DNA of 64,000 nt, taken from positions 1-64,000 of IMG/VR virus record IMGVR_UViG_3300042924_003416. One strand, written 5' to 3'. The notes beneath the pieces are model-generated. The model had not been told where the DNA came from. It made no database searches and was given only the letters and a program-made list of their open reading frames with translations. This DNA comes from a virus. The position numbers were made by a program, and so were the translations under genes. Shown piece after piece: positions 15,933 to 27,300 of this stretch (its first letter is position 1; every line of letters starts with the position of its first letter).

Positions 15933-18900
15933 ATGGCAAAAGATCAAGGTTTACAAGATACGTCTAAGATTATTACTAATTCTTTTACTAAAGGATTGAA
16001 TAAAGATTCTGATCCTTCATTTGTACAAGAAGGAATGTGGACACATGCAATCAATGTAGTTAACAATACTATTGAAGGTGACGTAGGTACACTATCTAAT
16101 GAAACATCAAATATTCTGTGTGCTCAAGCTGGTAAAACAATGCCTCCAATAGCAACTCATAAATATATCATTGGAGCTATTTATTTGTACTCAGATAAAT
16201 GGATAATTCTTACAGCTGGTCATTCTACTACAGGTCAAAGAATTACTTCTGAAATAGGTCTTCTTGAAGAAGATGTATGTAGATATAGAGAGATTGTGCA
16301 AGCTCCTTGTTTAAACTTTGATAAAAGATATATTATATCAGGAGCTTCCAGAGAAAAAGAAGATTGTTCATGGCAAGTATATTGGTCAGATGGATTTAAT
16401 CCTGATAGAACTTTAAATATTGGAGATCCACAAACATGGCCTACATTAGACTATCAATGGTTAGGTGGTTCTGATATGAACTATTATTCTAATGGAACCG
16501 TTATTGATTTTCTTTGGCCAGGTGTTTCTTGGAATGAAAGAGTAACAGTACCTGATCCATGTGAATTTATTTCATATGTAAACTCACTAGATTGTGATGC
16601 AACAAGACTTGCTAGACTAATGAACACACCATGTCTTAATTTAATTTTAGGGCAATCTGGAGGTACACTTGCTAATGGAACTTATTTTGCACTTATTGCA
16701 TATACAATAAAAGGTCAAAGAGTAACAGATTATTTTTCACAAAGTAACTATCAATTTATTTATACAGTAAATGATTTAGAAGGTTCATTAACATTAGAAG
16801 TTAATGCGGATAGTGAAAACTTTGATGAATTTGTTTTAGTACTTGTTGAAGCAACAAATCAACAAACTGTTGCAACACAAATGGGTTTTTATTCTACTAA
16901 TACTACTATAATTGCTATAGATCAAATTAATCCTAGTAATGTAAAAATACCATTAGAACAATTACCAATTCAAACTCCTGTATTTGAAACATCTGATCAA
17001 ATGACTGATGTTAATGGTTATCTTTTAAGAGTTGGTCCAAAGTCTAAATTTGATTTTAACTATCAACCACTTGCAAATATGATTAAAGCAAGATGGGCTA
17101 GTGTTGAATATCCTGCTGATTATTATATCAATGGTGGTAATAAAACTAATTATCTTAGAGATGAGGTTTATACTTTTTATATAAGATGGGTATACAACAC
17201 AGGAGATAAGTCTGCTTCATATCATATACCAGGTAGAGCACCAAGAAACTTTCAAATTCCAGGAGGTTCCATATTACCTGAAAATGCAGATTTTACTATA
17301 GTTCATGATAAAAATGAATTAGCAACTGATGACAAAGTATTTGAAGTATATAACACAGCTACTCAGTTATCATATCCAACTCTAGTACCAAATGCTACAC
17401 AAAATCCATTAGGTCAATGGGTTATGGATGATGGTGGTGTATTACTTGCTGTTGGAGAAATGGGTTATTGGCAATCTACAGAAAAGTATCCTGACAATAG
17501 ACCTGACATATGGAATCCAAGTACATATTGTTGGACTGGTTTTGATGGTAAAAGTGGTGCATATGATCTTTGTGGAAAAAATATTAGGCATCATAAATTT
17601 CCAGAAAATTTTATTGCTAATGATAATTCTACAAGTGCATTACATTTTAGACCTAATCCCAATCCTGCAACATCAGGTAGTGAGTTTAGTATAAGATTAA
17701 TGGGTGTATATTTTGAAAATATAATAATACCTAAAGACAATGATGGAAATGATATCCCAGGTATTGTAGGTTATGAAATTTTAAGAGGATCTAGAGAAGG
17801 TAATAAGACTATTATTGCTAAAGGAATGGTTAACAACTTTAGAACATTTAAATTAAGAGGATCATTAGCACAAAACAGAACAGGGTTATATGCTAACTAT
17901 CCTTATAATACTATTAAACCAATTGGACATAGTAATACCCCATCGAATCATAATTACCAATACAATGATCCTTATATAAAAAATGATGATGCAAATAATG
18001 ATGTAGTAAATCAAGATATACCTACAGATATATTTACATTCCATTCTCCGGATACAATGTTCAGGACTCCGTTTCTTTCTACTACAGAGTTTAAATTATA
18101 TGGAACATTAAGTGGTTATGCAGATATGGCATTCCAAGAACCTAATGGTCATCCTAAATGGAAGTTGCTTTCTAACTATGTTGTTCTTCCAATGATTATT
18201 GCAGGTGTAGCTGAAGCTATCATATCTATGTTAGGTAAAAGAACAGTAAATGAACCAATTATAAATTCATATACAGAACAACTTAGAGGAACAGGTGGTA
18301 CTGGTGCAATTAATCTTAGTTTCGGTCCAACTGGTTCAGGAACATTTGCAGGAGGTAATAGTACACCTGGAACAGGAGGACAAATTGAGGATTCTCTTCC
18401 ACAAAATAATGCTCTAATTGGTATAAGTAATCAAATAACTACTTATAATAGTTTTATAAACTCATATTATTCTAGTGGTAATGCATTAACTGATGCACTT
18501 ACAGCTGTTGCATTTGGATATAGTAATACAGCATACAGTAATCAAATGAGTAGTTTAATAGGTGTTGTAAATGGTTTTTCAGAAGATGCTGGTATACCAA
18601 ATTTATTATCACTTGCTGGAACAATTGAGTTTCCTAAATGGGCATACTTAGATCCTTTTACTAGATCTTTAGGAGCATTAAATCAACTTGCATTTTACTT
18701 TTCAGAAGGAGCAGATATAACATTAAAAGTTTTTTATGCTCTTACACCATACAGACAATATGGATTACAATTGTTGTCACATGGTTTTTATAGTAATATG
18801 ACTAGAATATCTTCTACAGAACTATCAAGATTTAAAATTGAGACTAGTTTTTATATGAGAGATAATATTCAAGATGTACCAAAGTATCAAGATGCTACAT

Positions 18901-21488
18901 CACTTACATATTATAACTATAGTATTAATAATCTTAAACGATCAGATGCAGTAGTAGTTAGAACAAAATCAGGACCTTATTATAATCTAGCATTTCCTAA
19001 TGGAATAAATACAGGACCTCATTTAATAACTTCTGGTTTTCAAGATAAATCATTAGTAACACTTGGAACTGTTGTACAAAATAACTCAGACCCTGCTTTT
19101 CTTAGTAGTACTAATCTTCCTGACTTTGATAATAATGATAAAGTTAAACCATTTAGTTTACAAATTGCAAGTCATTATGGTGGATTAAAAGGTAGAGTTA
19201 GAAATCAATATGGTCAATTAGGAACTGAATTTCAAATTGCCATTAGTCCATGTGAACAGCAATTACCTAAGATGTCAGTAACAGATTGGACATGTCCTAC
19301 AGATAATATACTTTATACTTTTAAAACAATAAAATCAACTCCTTTATTTTTTGGAGGGGATACTTATATAAATCGTTACACTGAAAAAAATAACATGATG
19401 TTCTTTTATGATTGGTTATATGGACAACCTGATGGTTTTGAATATAACTATTATTTAAGAAGCATGATACCTCAAGCTAGATTTAAAGTAAATAGTATAA
19501 ACTATGATGTAAGTGATTTAGCTGAACTATTTAATTTTAGTGCACCTGCTGTTCCAGGTACAGGAGCTTTTCCTGGTAGATTTTATAATCTAGATTATTT
19601 TGTACCATTTTCACTTGGTCTTAGAAAATATAATTATACAAATGATACCAAAGGTGGTATTCCAGGTATATTTCCTTTTACAAGTTTTTTTGAACAAGAA
19701 AAAGGTTTGTGGTCAGTAAGAGAAGCATATTTTTATTTAGCAAATTCAGGTATAAGAGATTTCTTTGTTGAATCTGAAGTACTTGTAGACTTTAGAAAAC
19801 AAAGTACTAGAGAAGGTGGTAAACATTATGATCCGTATAGATACACAGATTATCCTGCTATGTTTGATATGAATCCAAACATCATGGGTAGATTAAGTGA
19901 ATATCTATATGATTATTCTTTAAGTGTATCTAAATTATATAATCAATATTTTTCTTCTGGAAATCTTCAATCAAGATATTATGATCCTAAAGTAGCTAAG
20001 TTATGTTACAAGTATTATCCTGATAGAATTATTTATTCACTACCTCAACAAGATGAGGCAATAAAAGATAGTTGGTTTATTTACTTAATTAATAATTATA
20101 AAGAATTTAAAGGCCAAATCTCTGGAGTTAAAGCAATTAATAAAAGTGGTTTATTTATAACATTTAAAAATGAAAGCCCATTAATGTATCAGGGTGTTGA
20201 TACTCTTGAAACAGATCTAAATACTAAGATTACAATTGGAGATGGTGGTTTATTTTCACAACCACAACAAGCTGTTACAAATGCAGACAAAGCATATGAG
20301 TATGGTTCTTCACAAAATAGATTATCAGTTATTTCTACTCCTGTAGGAATATTCTATATGTCTCAAAATCAAGGACGTGTATTTACTTATGGACAAGGAT
20401 TACAAGAAATATCTCAAGCAGGATTAAAATGGTGGTTTATATTATACATGCCATACAAACTTACTCAAGATTTTCCTGACTACCCATGGCAAGATAATCC
20501 AGTAGCAGGTATTGGTTGTCAATCAATTTATGATAGTTCAAGTTCAATACTTTATTTTACAAAAAAAGATTTTAAACTTAAAGACCAATATAAAAATAGA
20601 GTTACTTATAGACCTATTAATGCAGATGGTTCTGGTGATGACTTTATTTTAGATAATAATCAAAATGCAAGATATAATTTAGGTGATCCATTTTTATTTG
20701 AAGATTCATCATGGACATTAAGCTATGACCCTAAACAACAATATTGGATTAGTTTTCATGACTGGCATCCTGATTTAGTTATACCTACTAAAGATATTTT
20801 CTTAACCAGTAAAAAAGATAGCATATGGAAACATAACTTTATCTGTGATGGTTTTTGTAATTTCTATGGGCAGCAATACGGATTTGAAATTGAGTTTCCA
20901 ATTGTAACTGGTCAGTCTGTTATGACTACTAGATCATTTGAATATATACTTGAAGCTTACAGAAGAAAAGGAAATAGTTGTATAGATCAACATCATGTAC
21001 TTGACTATAATTTTGATAAAGCTGTAGTATATAATTCAGAACAAGTTTCCGGATATCTTAATTTAAATTTGTATCCTAAGAACAATATAAATGAATCATT
21101 ACAATACCCTAGGTTAGGTGCTAACTTAGCTTCTTATGATATTCTTTTCTCTAAAGAAGAACAAAAATATAGATTTAATCAATTCTGGGATATAACAAAA
21201 GATAGAGATGAGTTTCCAATAGGTTCTGATTATCCACCTACTGGACCAGTAATACCTGGTACTACAATTCTACAAGGTAATTATTCTTCAGAAAATACAT
21301 GGATTACATCTTCAGATGGATATACTAGAATTCTTAATCCAGCTAACATGGATTATAATAAGTCAGAATTTCAAAGAAAGAAATTTAGGCATTACTTAAA
21401 TTTCTTAACTTTAAGACGTGAACAATGTAATGATGTAAACATGATAGTTAAAATGTCAAATAGTAAAAATCAATTTTCCCCTAGGTGA
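15933..21488 (+). CDS. Tail stabilisation / muzzle protein, 1851 aa
   Basis: N-terminal FTKGLNKD..., VYWSDGFNPDR, LRDEVYTFYI, FGGDTYI and WTLSYD..WISFHDW motifs are typical of crAss-like muzzle (P22 gp10-like) proteins. Confidence 0.75.
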   Translation: MAKDQGLQDTSKIITNSFTKGLNKDSDPSFVQEGMWTHAINVVNNTIEGDVGTLSNETSNILCAQAGKTMPPIATHKYIIGAIYLYSDKWIILTAGHSTTGQRITSEIGLLEEDVCRYREIVQAPCLNFDKRYIISGASREKEDCSWQVYWSDGFNPDRTLNIGDPQTWPTLDYQWLGGSDMNYYSNGTVIDFLWPGVSWNERVTVPDPCEFISYVNSLDCDATRLARLMNTPCLNLILGQSGGTLANGTYFALIAYTIKGQRVTDYFSQSNYQFIYTVNDLEGSLTLEVNADSENFDEFVLVLVEATNQQTVATQMGFYSTNTTIIAIDQINPSNVKIPLEQLPIQTPVFETSDQMTDVNGYLLRVGPKSKFDFNYQPLANMIKARWASVEYPADYYINGGNKTNYLRDEVYTFYIRWVYNTGDKSASYHIPGRAPRNFQIPGGSILPENADFTIVHDKNELATDDKVFEVYNTATQLSYPTLVPNATQNPLGQWVMDDGGVLLAVGEMGYWQSTEKYPDNRPDIWNPSTYCWTGFDGKSGAYDLCGKNIRHHKFPENFIANDNSTSALHFRPNPNPATSGSEFSIRLMGVYFENIIIPKDNDGNDIPGIVGYEILRGSREGNKTIIAKGMVNNFRTFKLRGSLAQNRTGLYANYPYNTIKPIGHSNTPSNHNYQYNDPYIKNDDANNDVVNQDIPTDIFTFHSPDTMFRTPFLSTTEFKLYGTLSGYADMAFQEPNGHPKWKLLSNYVVLPMIIAGVAEAIISMLGKRTVNEPIINSYTEQLRGTGGTGAINLSFGPTGSGTFAGGNSTPGTGGQIEDSLPQNNALIGISNQITTYNSFINSYYSSGNALTDALTAVAFGYSNTAYSNQMSSLIGVVNGFSEDAGIPNLLSLAGTIEFPKWAYLDPFTRSLGALNQLAFYFSEGADITLKVFYALTPYRQYGLQLLSHGFYSNMTRISSTELSRFKIETSFYMRDNIQDVPKYQDATSLTYYNYSINNLKRSDAVVVRTKSGPYYNLAFPNGINTGPHLITSGFQDKSLVTLGTVVQNNSDPAFLSSTNLPDFDNNDKVKPFSLQIASHYGGLKGRVRNQYGQLGTEFQIAISPCEQQLPKMSVTDWTCPTDNILYTFKTIKSTPLFFGGDTYINRYTEKNNMMFFYDWLYGQPDGFEYNYYLRSMIPQARFKVNSINYDVSDLAELFNFSAPAVPGTGAFPGRFYNLDYFVPFSLGLRKYNYTNDTKGGIPGIFPFTSFFEQEKGLWSVREAYFYLANSGIRDFFVESEVLVDFRKQSTREGGKHYDPYRYTDYPAMFDMNPNIMGRLSEYLYDYSLSVSKLYNQYFSSGNLQSRYYDPKVAKLCYKYYPDRIIYSLPQQDEAIKDSWFIYLINNYKEFKGQISGVKAINKSGLFITFKNESPLMYQGVDTLETDLNTKITIGDGGLFSQPQQAVTNADKAYEYGSSQNRLSVISTPVGIFYMSQNQGRVFTYGQGLQEISQAGLKWWFILYMPYKLTQDFPDYPWQDNPVAGIGCQSIYDSSSSILYFTKKDFKLKDQYKNRVTYRPINADGSGDDFILDNNQNARYNLGDPFLFEDSSWTLSYDPKQQYWISFHDWHPDLVIPTKDIFLTSKKDSIWKHNFICDGFCNFYGQQYGFEIEFPIVTGQSVMTTRSFEYILEAYRRKGNSCIDQHHVLDYNFDKAVVYNSEQVSGYLNLNLYPKNNINESLQYPRLGANLASYDILFSKEEQKYRFNQFWDITKDRDEFPIGSDYPPTGPVIPGTTILQGNYSSENTWITSSDGYTRILNPANMDYNKSEFQRKKFRHYLNFLTLRREQCNDVNMIVKMSNSKNQFSPR

Positions 21489-24343
21489 TGTATAATAAAA
21501 AAGTACTTATAGATTCTCTTAAGAAGTTAGGAAGTGCAAAAGCTCCAACTCAAAAGAAAGATATTATTGTGGGTTCAAATAATCCTGCACAGATGTTATC
21601 TATGAAAAAAGGAGGTTCTTCTGTAGATAAGAAGTTGAGTGTAAAAAAATCTAATATACAAGGTAAAGGTTTATTTATTGATCAACCCATTAGAAAAGGA
21701 GAAATCATTGGTTTAGCTCATCTTAATAATCAAGCTACTCCTGTAGTAGGTAAATACCATAATCACTCAGAAGATAGTCCTACTGCAGTAAACATATCTA
21801 AAGGAAATAAAAGATATTTAGTAGCTGCTAGAGATTTACCTGCCGGTACTGAAATTACTACTAACTATAGATTACAACCTGAGTTAGAACAACCTGAAGA
21901 CTTTATGCAAAAAGGAGGAATGACTCCTCAGAAAGATGGTTATAGAACTTATTCACCATTTAAAAATCTTCCTTTTATTGATGTAGAAACAGACACTATT
22001 GATACAGACAATATAGTATATGATTTACAATTGAGGGCTAATAATGGAGTTACTAAAAATGTACAAAAAAATACAGGCTTACATAAAATTCCAGGAGCAA
22101 CTGTTATAAGAGAAATTCCTATGGGTAGAAAAGGAGGATCTGCTCCTAAACTTCCTAAAAAGAAAAACTCTAAAGGATACTCAAGAAGTCTTGAAGCAAC
22201 AAATAGATTATTTGCAGAACATCCATTCTTTGCTCAATCAAAATCTAGAAAGAATAAAATATATGATCCTAATTCAAAGTACTTCCAATTTGGTGGTATG
22301 TTTACTGAAAAAGGAGCTAATGTATATTTTAATCCAACATACATGAATAACTTTACAGGTGGTACTAATTCATATGAAAAAAATATGCTTGGTTCATACC
22401 GTACAGGTTTTTCTCCTGTTGTTGGTATAGAAGGTTCATTAAGTAAAAGTAGAAGAGCTGATGAAGAAAAGGGAAGAGGTTGGTTATATAATGCATATGC
22501 CGGACTTAATCCTAATGCAATGAAAGAAGGTAACTATACTCCTTCTGCAGGTTTAAGTTTTGATTTTGAAAATTCACCACAAGATAGAGTCTTTAGACCT
22601 TTTGCTCAAATAGGTGCTGACTATAATCCTGATACTGGTCTTAATGCTGGAGCAACAACTGGTGCTAGATTTCCTTTTACACCTTATGGAAATAAAAGAA
22701 TTAAACCTGGATATGCAATAGGTCATTTAGATATATATGGTGGTATTAGAGGTGGTTATGGTAAAATGAAAGCTGATGGTGCAGGTCCTTCAGGAGGTTT
22801 AGCATATGGTGCAAGAGTTCATGGTAAATATATGCCTGAAAGAAAATCAGTTCTTGGTAAACTGATGGGTAAAGGTGCTTATTTTTATGGTGATGCAGGA
22901 ATACAGTTTGATCCTCAAAAAGGTCAACTAAGTCAGAAAATGAAAGATTATACTATTCCTTCTGGAGCGGTTGATTATTATGGTAATGCAGCAACAGCTA
23001 GTGGAAGTGATCAAGATTCAGGTCTTAAATTTGGTAATACTATTTATGCAAATGTTGGTGTCAAAAAAGAACTTGATGATATTAAGTTTAAAAAAGATGA
23101 CAGAGCAAGAAAAATTCAAGAGATTGAAGATAATGAAAAAAGAGCATTTCAGGAAAATGAAATAAAACAAGTAATAGAAAAACCTAAAAAAGAATGTCCT
23201 GAAGGAGAAGAAAGACATTGTGCTGATTGTCCTTGTGAACCAATAGAAAGAGTAAGTCATCCAAGATGGTTGCAAGAAGGTGGTGAGTATATTGAAACAG
23301 AACTTACTCCAGAAGAAATAGAACAGTATGCTAAAGGAGGGTATATCATAGAAGATATTTCTATACCTTCATTACCTAAAGCTCAATTGGGTAAAATTAT
23401 AAAAAGTACAAAGAATATAGTATTTCCACCAACTCCAGATCAAAAATTTCTTACTAATTATATATCAAATAATTTTGGCCCTCATGTTACTTCTCAACAT
23501 TCAGCAGATATTGCAAGAAGATTAGCAAGAGAACAATATCAACGTGCTGTACTAGATGCTCAACAGGCAGCACTGTTTAATGCAAGTAATATAGATATAT
23601 CTACACTACCTCAACAACGTGTTGCTGATTTACAAAATTTAGTTACACCAGCTATTCAAAGTAAAATAAATAAAGTTAACTTACATGAAGCAGAAGACTT
23701 ATTAAAAACTTTAGATCCAAGTGAACTTGATAAATACATTGATTACAGACCATTTAGAATTTATACACCTTCAGGTAGTTTAGCACTTCATCAAAATACA
23801 GATAATTTAAAAGATAACTTATTTTCTTTTAATGTATTTATGAATAAACCTAGAGAAGCTGGATTAGCATTTAATTATGCAAATAAGTTTTTTCCATATA
23901 AGAATCCATCAATTTTAGAAAAGAATAGTTTGAGTTTAGATTCATTTAACATGTTAGCTAACATGGGTCGTAGACCAGAATGGGATATACAATTTGATGA
24001 TATGATTGATATGAATGCTTTAGCTCGTCATAGTAAATTATTTGAAGGATTACCTTCTGTAGGTAGGATAGGTGCTGGTCATTTTGATAAAGCTACTGGT
24101 GAAGAGATGTTAAGAAGGTTAAATGCTATGATTGCTGAAAAAGGTTTTTCTGAAAAAGCAGACTGGCAATACACTCCAATTTCAGGAGATAACTTAGGTA
24201 TCCATAAATTTATGTTACCTAACTATAAAATAACTAGAAAATACAGTGAAGGTGGAGATTTTGAATATGAACTTGGAGATGAAGTAGATGAAACTACTAT
24301 GCAAGAATTAGAAAAATTAGGTTATACATTTGAACAAATATAG
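21488..24343 (+). CDS. Modular putative cargo protein with SET domain and beta-barrel-like domain
   Basis: TGATG overlap start. SET motifs GKGLF/KGEII, HNHS and AARDLPAGTEITTNY. Segments are delimited by xxxGG motifs. Confidence 0.75.
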   Translation: MYNKKVLIDSLKKLGSAKAPTQKKDIIVGSNNPAQMLSMKKGGSSVDKKLSVKKSNIQGKGLFIDQPIRKGEIIGLAHLNNQATPVVGKYHNHSEDSPTAVNISKGNKRYLVAARDLPAGTEITTNYRLQPELEQPEDFMQKGGMTPQKDGYRTYSPFKNLPFIDVETDTIDTDNIVYDLQLRANNGVTKNVQKNTGLHKIPGATVIREIPMGRKGGSAPKLPKKKNSKGYSRSLEATNRLFAEHPFFAQSKSRKNKIYDPNSKYFQFGGMFTEKGANVYFNPTYMNNFTGGTNSYEKNMLGSYRTGFSPVVGIEGSLSKSRRADEEKGRGWLYNAYAGLNPNAMKEGNYTPSAGLSFDFENSPQDRVFRPFAQIGADYNPDTGLNAGATTGARFPFTPYGNKRIKPGYAIGHLDIYGGIRGGYGKMKADGAGPSGGLAYGARVHGKYMPERKSVLGKLMGKGAYFYGDAGIQFDPQKGQLSQKMKDYTIPSGAVDYYGNAATASGSDQDSGLKFGNTIYANVGVKKELDDIKFKKDDRARKIQEIEDNEKRAFQENEIKQVIEKPKKECPEGEERHCADCPCEPIERVSHPRWLQEGGEYIETELTPEEIEQYAKGGYIIEDISIPSLPKAQLGKIIKSTKNIVFPPTPDQKFLTNYISNNFGPHVTSQHSADIARRLAREQYQRAVLDAQQAALFNASNIDISTLPQQRVADLQNLVTPAIQSKINKVNLHEAEDLLKTLDPSELDKYIDYRPFRIYTPSGSLALHQNTDNLKDNLFSFNVFMNKPREAGLAFNYANKFFPYKNPSILEKNSLSLDSFNMLANMGRRPEWDIQFDDMIDMNALARHSKLFEGLPSVGRIGAGHFDKATGEEMLRRLNAMIAEKGFSEKADWQYTPISGDNLGIHKFMLPNYKITRKYSEGGDFEYELGDEVDETTMQELEKLGYTFEQI

Positions 24344-24345
24344 TC

Positions 24346-27300
24346 ATGGCTAAATATAGAATAACAAGCATTCCTGCTAATTTACCACAAGCTCAAGATG
24401 GAGGATCTTTTTGGAAAAAAAAATATAATGTTGCTAAGAGTAAAAAACTTAAAAGAAATAAAACAAATACTTCTAAAAGATCTGCAGGAAACTTTTCTAA
24501 TGAAGTAGGAGAATCTATCTCACAAGACCTACCTATGGTAGAAGTCCAAGGTGTTGATCAACCTTCTTACTGGAATCAAATGTCAAGTGATGTTGTACAA
24601 GGTATAGAATGCCCTCCAGGAAAAGAAAACTTTGAAGGAAATTGTTTAACTGAAGATGAAATTCTTAGTATTCTAGATGCTAGAACTGCAGAGATGAAAC
24701 AAAAGAATTTTGATAGACGTGTAGAACAAGGTTTTAAAAAATCAAATGTTTTTGCAGATTCAGAATATGCTTCAAAAATGTTAGGTCGTTATATTTCTGC
24801 TAGGAATCAACAAGAACAAGACTATGATAATTATGCAAATAAGTACTATGATACTTTTAAAAAATCTAAAAAAAGTGATAAAATACAACCGTTTAAAAAG
24901 TTTTCTGCAGAAGAACTAGATCAATTACAAGATGTAGTTGATCAAGAAGGTAATGTAGTTATTGATGAAACAACAGGACAACCACTGCAACAAGCTAAAA
25001 TTGATGCATTTAAAAATAACTTTTTAATTAATAAAACAAAAGATGGTTTTTATGAACTGTATCCAAAAGATATTGTTAGAGATAGAATTTTACAAAGTGG
25101 TTTTAACGAAGAACAATTTAAAAATTTTTGGGGATTAGATCCAGAACAAGTAAAGGAACAGGTAGGTGATATGATAGGTACGGCTAATGAAATCTATAAT
25201 CAAAGATTACAACAACGTATTATTAAAACAGCCATTGATAAAAATATATCTGTTGAAGATGCAATTAAAACAATACCTAAATCTGAAGGTACTCAAACTG
25301 GATTAACAAATAGATTTAAAAAATCTACTCAAAAAATAATTGATGACACTTTTGATATCTATACAAATAGTATGTTAGAGTCTATGTTGTATGATCCTGA
25401 TGTTGCAAAAAAAGATGAAGATGTATTTTATTCAGAAGATCCTAAAACAGCATGGGAAAATAAATATCATGCAGGTGATTTAAAATATATTTCTGACAAA
25501 CAAAGAAAAGGTCAAAAAGCATATGATGAAGCAATTAAAAATTTTAGTAATATAGGTAGTAGTGGTGCATCAGATGAATATTATCAAAATCAAGGTAGGT
25601 ATGATGACAGGATGGCACAACAAAGATTAAAAAATCAAGGTGTACAAAAAGCAATAAATTTATCAAGAGCTGAATCGGCAAGACAAGGAGCACAAGATAA
25701 AAAGTTTAATGATGCATTTGGTCAGTATTTAAGTAATCAAGGAACATCTTATCAAAAAGAATTATTAGGAAAAGCATTTGATAAACTTAGAGCTGACCCT
25801 AAAGCAAAAATAAATTTTTTAAGAGATATTGAAAAATATCCAGACTTGGTTATGGGGGATGTTTTTAATTTAACAGATGATGAGTCTGGTAAAACATATT
25901 CTGATTTATATTCAGAACGTCTTAATGATAGCTATATGAATAGTTTAAAGGCAAGACAAAATACATTTAAAGAAGGTAGTTATAAACCTGAACTTACAAC
26001 AGGTAATAAAATATTTGACTATCTTAGACATCCTTTTCATGCAGCATATTATGCAATGCACCCAACACAAGATATGCATGGTAATTGGAATATTGATTAT
26101 GATACAAGACTAAAGCTTGAAAAAGAAAAAGGTATAAATTTAGGTACTATGGATAAAGTACAAGGATTTAATCCTATGTCAGTTTTAAATTTGACACCAC
26201 TTCAAGCTCTTAATCCTTTTAAAATAGGTAGTAATTTAAGACAGGGATATGATAAAGGAAATTTTATAGGAGCATTAGGTGATGAAATTGTTGATATTGG
26301 TACATCAGTTGGAGCTGCAAAAGGTTTTAATGCATTATCAGGAAGTGGTTTAGGATTAACAAAGGGAGCAGGAACTTTAGTAAGTAGTATATTTAATCCC
26401 TTTAGTGATATAGGATATGCTTTAAAAGCTGGAAAAAATTTAGATAATGCAACTGATTATATTAAAAAAGGTGATTATAAAAATGCAGCTTGGGAAGGTT
26501 TAGAAGGTGGATTAAATGCTATACCACTTATAGGCTTACCAAAGTATTTAAAAGGTTTTAATAGATTTAATGATGCAACAAGTGGATTTAATTTTAATAG
26601 AACATTTAATAATGCAAATCAATTAAATTTTAATAGCCCTAACTTACTTGGAACACAACAAATACCTAAATATAATATATTGAATAAAGATGGACAACTC
26701 ATTCGTAATCAATATAAAAATGGAGGGTCTCTTCCTAAAGCACAATTAGGTAAAATAGTTAGTAGTTTAAAATTATTGGAACCTGTAGAAGTATATGGTA
26801 AACAATTTTTAAGATCACATTATAATCCTTTATCTTATCCTGTTAAACTTGCTGGTTCAAAAGTAGCAGGTTTAAGTTCAGGTGCATTTAGACAACCTGG
26901 AGAAATTGCAAAAGCATTACTTGCAAAAGAAGGTGATTTAACATACAAAGGTCAAAATACAGTTATAGTAAGACCTGGAAGTGAAATTGAAAAAATATAT
27001 ACAGAAGGTGGTAGAGATTTAGTAAAAAATTATATGTTAGGTCAGACAAAAGGATTGCAAGAATTAATGTATGATTTTGAAAAAGATCCTGGACTTAACC
27101 AAGCAATAGATTATTATGGACCATTAAAAGCATATGAATTATATTCTAAAATACCACATGGTGAAAACTTAGGTATACAAGATTTTATGAAACAGGCTTC
27201 AGGTTTTAGTTTTAATAAAGATAAAGTTATTGATGATCTTATGAGTGGGTTTGATCAAAATCTTAATATATTTGATCAATCAAAAAATACTAGATTACTT

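Noticed and set aside
21602-21919. Eukaryotic or giant-virus origin suggested by the SET domain, GG motifs and Cys-rich proteins
   Set aside because: Operonic coupling, Rho-independent terminators, an IHF-like gene, muzzle/ring genes and a DFDID vRNAP all indicate a crAss-like bacteriophage.
23375-26757. GG/LPKAQ motifs acting as DNA-level recombination sites (integron- or shufflon-like)
   Set aside because: Copies differ at synonymous positions and no recombinase is in the window, so conservation looks protein-level. Incidental microhomology-driven shuffling remains possible.
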